DNA of 64,000 nucleotides from Squalus acanthias. Its lineage: Eukaryota. The position numbers and the translations under genes were made by a program. The notes beneath the pieces are model-generated. The model searched no databases, had not been told where the DNA came from, and worked only from the letters and a program-made list of their open reading frames with translations. This document shows positions 60,534 to 64,000 of the stretch, piece after piece; the stretch's first letter is position 1; every line of letters begins with the position of its first letter. The stretch is taken from the NCBI GenBank assembly GCA_030390025.1, contig JASTWF010000366.1, positions 62,001-126,000 on the forward strand, in the 5' to 3' direction.

Positions 60534-62334
60534 TTACCCAAGTACTCTTTCCTCATGTGTGAGTCTATACAGTGAGCGTTAGTGAGATATTCAGACATGA
60601 GTGGCATCACATTCTGTCTTCACTCTCATGCATAGCATCAAGAAGGGATCACTGGATAGCAATCAGGAGTTAGAACCTTGGTTGATTTTCCCCCTCACCA
60701 GCCCATGGATGTTGAGGGCAATGACAATGCCCCACTGCTATCCTAGCTAACTCAGTGCCGACTGTTAAAATAATTATCTCCATGAGATAAAAATGTCATT
60801 GTAATATCTATTACAGCGCATCCTTTCCCAGAACTTAGGTTTTAAAAGCTTGTATCAGAGAGGGAAGACTGAGGGAAGTAGAGTTCTACAGTTTTGACGT
60901 CCTGGAAAAATGTGTTGAAGTAGGAGACAGTGAGGAAGAAGAGCATGCACAATGTGTATTTGGAGCTTATGACAATCAAGAGAACATTCAGAGGAGCAAT
61001 CACCATAATAGGATAAAACCAGAGTTGTTGTAATAAGCATTAGGTTTTGGGACCCTGAGAGTTGCCTATTGGTGGCCAGTATAATTTCTCTAAATCTTCT
61101 TGTGCTCCCAGCAAGAACCAAAGTCAAACTAATGAGACATCAGTGCTTGTTGCAGTTGCCTCTGGTTGGATTCTCTGGTAACGCTACTTAGTAATTTTTT
61201 AAAAAGCATTACATTTATTAACATGAAAAGACCATTCAGCCCATCAAGTCCTCTCCTCTCACAGACCATGTAAAATTTATACATCAGGGACTCTCTCCAA
61301 TTTATTTACTCTCCAAGAGGAGTAAGCTCTGTGAATGTTTCTGTCCCAAAGAGCACTTGAGTGAAAATCCTCGGCATTACAATCCTTTTCATCTTCCCAA
61401 TTTTGTTCCTAAGATTCTTGCCAGAAAATCCCTGTTAAGACCCTAAACAAAAATCACTTTACAATTAATTGTCTAAATAATTATTTTCTGTCATGTAGCA
61501 ACAACAAAAATTAATTTCTTTCCATTCACATTTCTTTTACCTAATTGCCTCTCATCTTCTGAAGCTGTTAATCACTGTTCAGTATTGTCTTACTGTGTTG
61601 ATTAACGCCTTCAAAAAATGAGTTGCATAAATATCCTTTGGGAATGGGATTGGTGTTATAGGGGTAAGTATGGGGGTAGATAATTAAACACTCCACAGGA
61701 TATAATGGAGGCAGGGAAATGAGATGTTGTCAATGGAAGGCAGCTAACCAGGTTTGATATGCAGAAATATGAGGATGGATGAATCATAGAATCATAGAAG
61801 TTTACGGCACAGAAGGAGGCCATTCAGCCTATCGTGTCTGAATATTTAACAAATTTACTCAACTAATTTTGGGGATCAGGAATATTTACGCATAACTTTC
61901 CCTCAGTAGGTTAAATGGTCGATGAACAGGCTGGGAAGGAGTGGCTTGAGGGGTCGAATAGCCTTTTCTCATTCAATATTTTCTTTTCTTTTGGTACATT
62001 CCTTTGCTCATTATAGTCAGGGTGATAATGCTCTGTAATGAAATACATTGCCAGGTCAGGTATAGCACTGTTTGATGCAAATTAAAATGTCCTTTTCTGT
62101 GCCATAACAATGTGCCAACTGCAGGAGAGCTCGTCCTACCAGTGTGGCATTTCTCTATATCTCCACACCAGCCATCCTGTGGTCTCTCTGGATGAGATTG
62201 CAAATATTAGTGCCACAAATGGGGCAGTTTTCTGCCATGGGCCCAATGCCGACTAGAAAGTTAATTGAGTCTGTGCCAAATATTTCATATTGGACCTTTC
62301 TCGCCAGCAGGGAAAGGCAATTTTAATTACGTCA

Positions 62335-62405
62335 GTATTGCTGGATTGAAACCCTGGTACCAGAGGTGAAAGGACAGTGTCTAAACCACTGCACCACCCT
62401 GCCCC
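62335..62405 (-). mobile_element. tRNA head of the LF-SINE-like family
   Basis: Minus strand: tggtgcagtggtttagacactgtcctttcacctctgg..ccagggttcaatccagc; cf. 22540-22607. Confidence 0.65.
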
Positions 62406-62509
62406 TCTGCTCCATCCTTTCTTATGTCTCTCTCCCCAGCAGGTTACAAGTTACGTAACAATCACGGGACAATGATAATTAAAGAACACCCTGAATCTGT
62501 AGACTATTT

Positions 62510-63402
62510 GGGGGAGAAATTCAGTATCGCCCCATTTGGGGCGCAATTATCGGCCGGGCGCAAAGATTAGCGCCTGGCGCTAATTATCGCCACCGACTGC
62601 AAACTTGACTTTTATCGCCCCTGGAGGTGATTGGAGCGCTAAATCGGGCGCTTCACACCTGTCTTAAGGCACAAAGGCCGAGGAGCGAGGCGCTACCTCA
62701 GAGCGCTGGCGAAGCTCATGTGATGTCAGTCAGCAATGGAACACACACACAATGGCACCGGCCAGTTCTTAAAGGGGATGGTTGATCTTGCTTTCCATCC
62801 ACATCCTGCTCATTGCAGCCTTGAATCTCTGCCTGGAGAGACCTGCACATCAAATCTGCTGGAAAGAACAATGGAGAGTACCAGGGAAAGAGCTTAGAAT
62901 GCAGCCCCCACAGTCTTTTCTAAATCGATACAAGGAAGGGCAAATCAAAATGAACCTGCAAAGTGCTGCTCAGTACCCAAAACTCCTTCACACAGCGTTG
63001 AAGCTCTCCAGAAGTCTCTCTCTCTCTCTCTCAGAATGCGTGGTTCAAAAATGGCACCAACAATGAAAGGCAGGAAGCGGTCGCCTTTAAATAGCGCTCC
63101 CCCAGTCCCTTCATGACTGCAATTCGCTCCCCTCAACCTGTCGTTGCTAGCGTCAGGCGGTAAGGCAGGGGGCGCCACTCAATATCTGCTCCGGGGCGAT
63201 ACCGGGGCGTTGCGCACTCGACTGACGTCACGATCTGCCGGCGCAGGAGATCGTGGCGGTAGTGTTTAGCGCTGCCGCAAAATGTCTAGTTAATTTCGCG
63301 AGCGGCACAAACATTGCCGCGCCTGGGCGCTAGATGCTTTACGCCCCATTAGCGCCCTCTTAAGGCGCTAACGGGAGGTGCAACCAACTGAATTTTTCCC
63401 CC
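62510..63402. mobile_element. 893-bp non-autonomous Harbinger derivative
   Basis: 16-bp TIR GGGGGAGAAATTCAGT / ACTGAATTTTTCCCCC (1 mismatch), 3-bp TSD TTT/TTT, CpG-rich subterminal regions, and a cctttaaatagc motif shared with 37421. Confidence 0.88.
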
Positions 63403-63704
63403 TTTGTGTTGTTTGGTTAATTTAACTCACTAGGATTCTTCGATATTTCAGTAATACTAACTGACTCTTTGTACATTTTTGCACCTGTATTTAATTTTTC
63501 AAAGCTCTAATGTATAGATCTAACATTCCTGGATAGGATACAAGAAAGTACTTGTCGTCTGATAGGTGATTCTTCTCTCATGTCTTGCCTCAAACCTCTA
63601 TGTCCATCACAACCTTTCTTGTCTCTCTATTTTACTGATACTACGTTGCCCCTTTGATCTTTCATTCTTTGTTCCTACCCACTCATCTTCCTGCATCTTC
63701 ACTT

Positions 63705-63900
63705 ATCCTGGTCAATATTTATCCCTCAATCAACATAACAAAAACAGTTTATCTGGTCATTATCCCATTGCTGTTTGTGGGAGCTTGCTGTGCGCAAATT
63801 GGCTGCCGTGTTTCCCACGTTACAATAGTGACTACACTCCAAAAGTACTTCATTGGCTGTGGTCGTGAAAGGCGCTATATAAATGCAAGTCTTTCTTTTT
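63705..63900 (+). mobile_element. Deu-SINE 3' part
   Basis: tcctggtcaatatttatccctcaa...gaaaggcgctatataaatgcaagtctttc. Confidence 0.88.
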
Positions 63901-64000
63901 GTGTTGAAATTAAGATTATTACTACATCTTCTACTCTAACTCATTCTTTCCTTATAAGTGTGGGACTCCTTCCTAACTCCGTCTAACTCAATCTTTCCTT

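Larger units (their letters stand above)
57200..60760 (-). mobile_element. Family 'S' SINE split by LINE copy E (pieces 57200-57288 and 60534-60760)
   Basis: Joining ...ctctggtacct and tacccaagta...ctcatgtgtgag restores the motif seen intact at 4563 (tggtacctcacccaagta). Confidence 0.8.

Overview
Repeat-dense, non-genic vertebrate DNA, most likely from a cartilaginous fish (inferred from the repeat families, not proven). I found no supportable host protein-coding exon. The window contains a decayed Penelope-like element (RT + GIY-YIG), several CR1 LINE copies, L2 ends, Deu-domain and LF-SINE-like SINEs, many copies of an old tRNA-SINE, a two-gene PIF/Harbinger transposon with MITE and deletion derivatives, a hAT MITE, and repeat-free TAAT-rich blocks that may be conserved non-coding elements. 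The standout is a ~3.2 kb single-ORF (APE+RT) CR1/Zenon-like LINE present in five copies. Its two full-length copies start with a tRNA-derived A/B-box Pol III promoter, one of them sits as a single unit in a reconstructible target site, none has a TTTT Pol III terminator on the sense strand, and the ORF seems to lack an ancestral AUG. Together these suggest an autonomous, protein-coding retrotransposon transcribed by RNA polymerase III. Motif counts and alignments were done by eye, and family names come from recognition rather than database searches.
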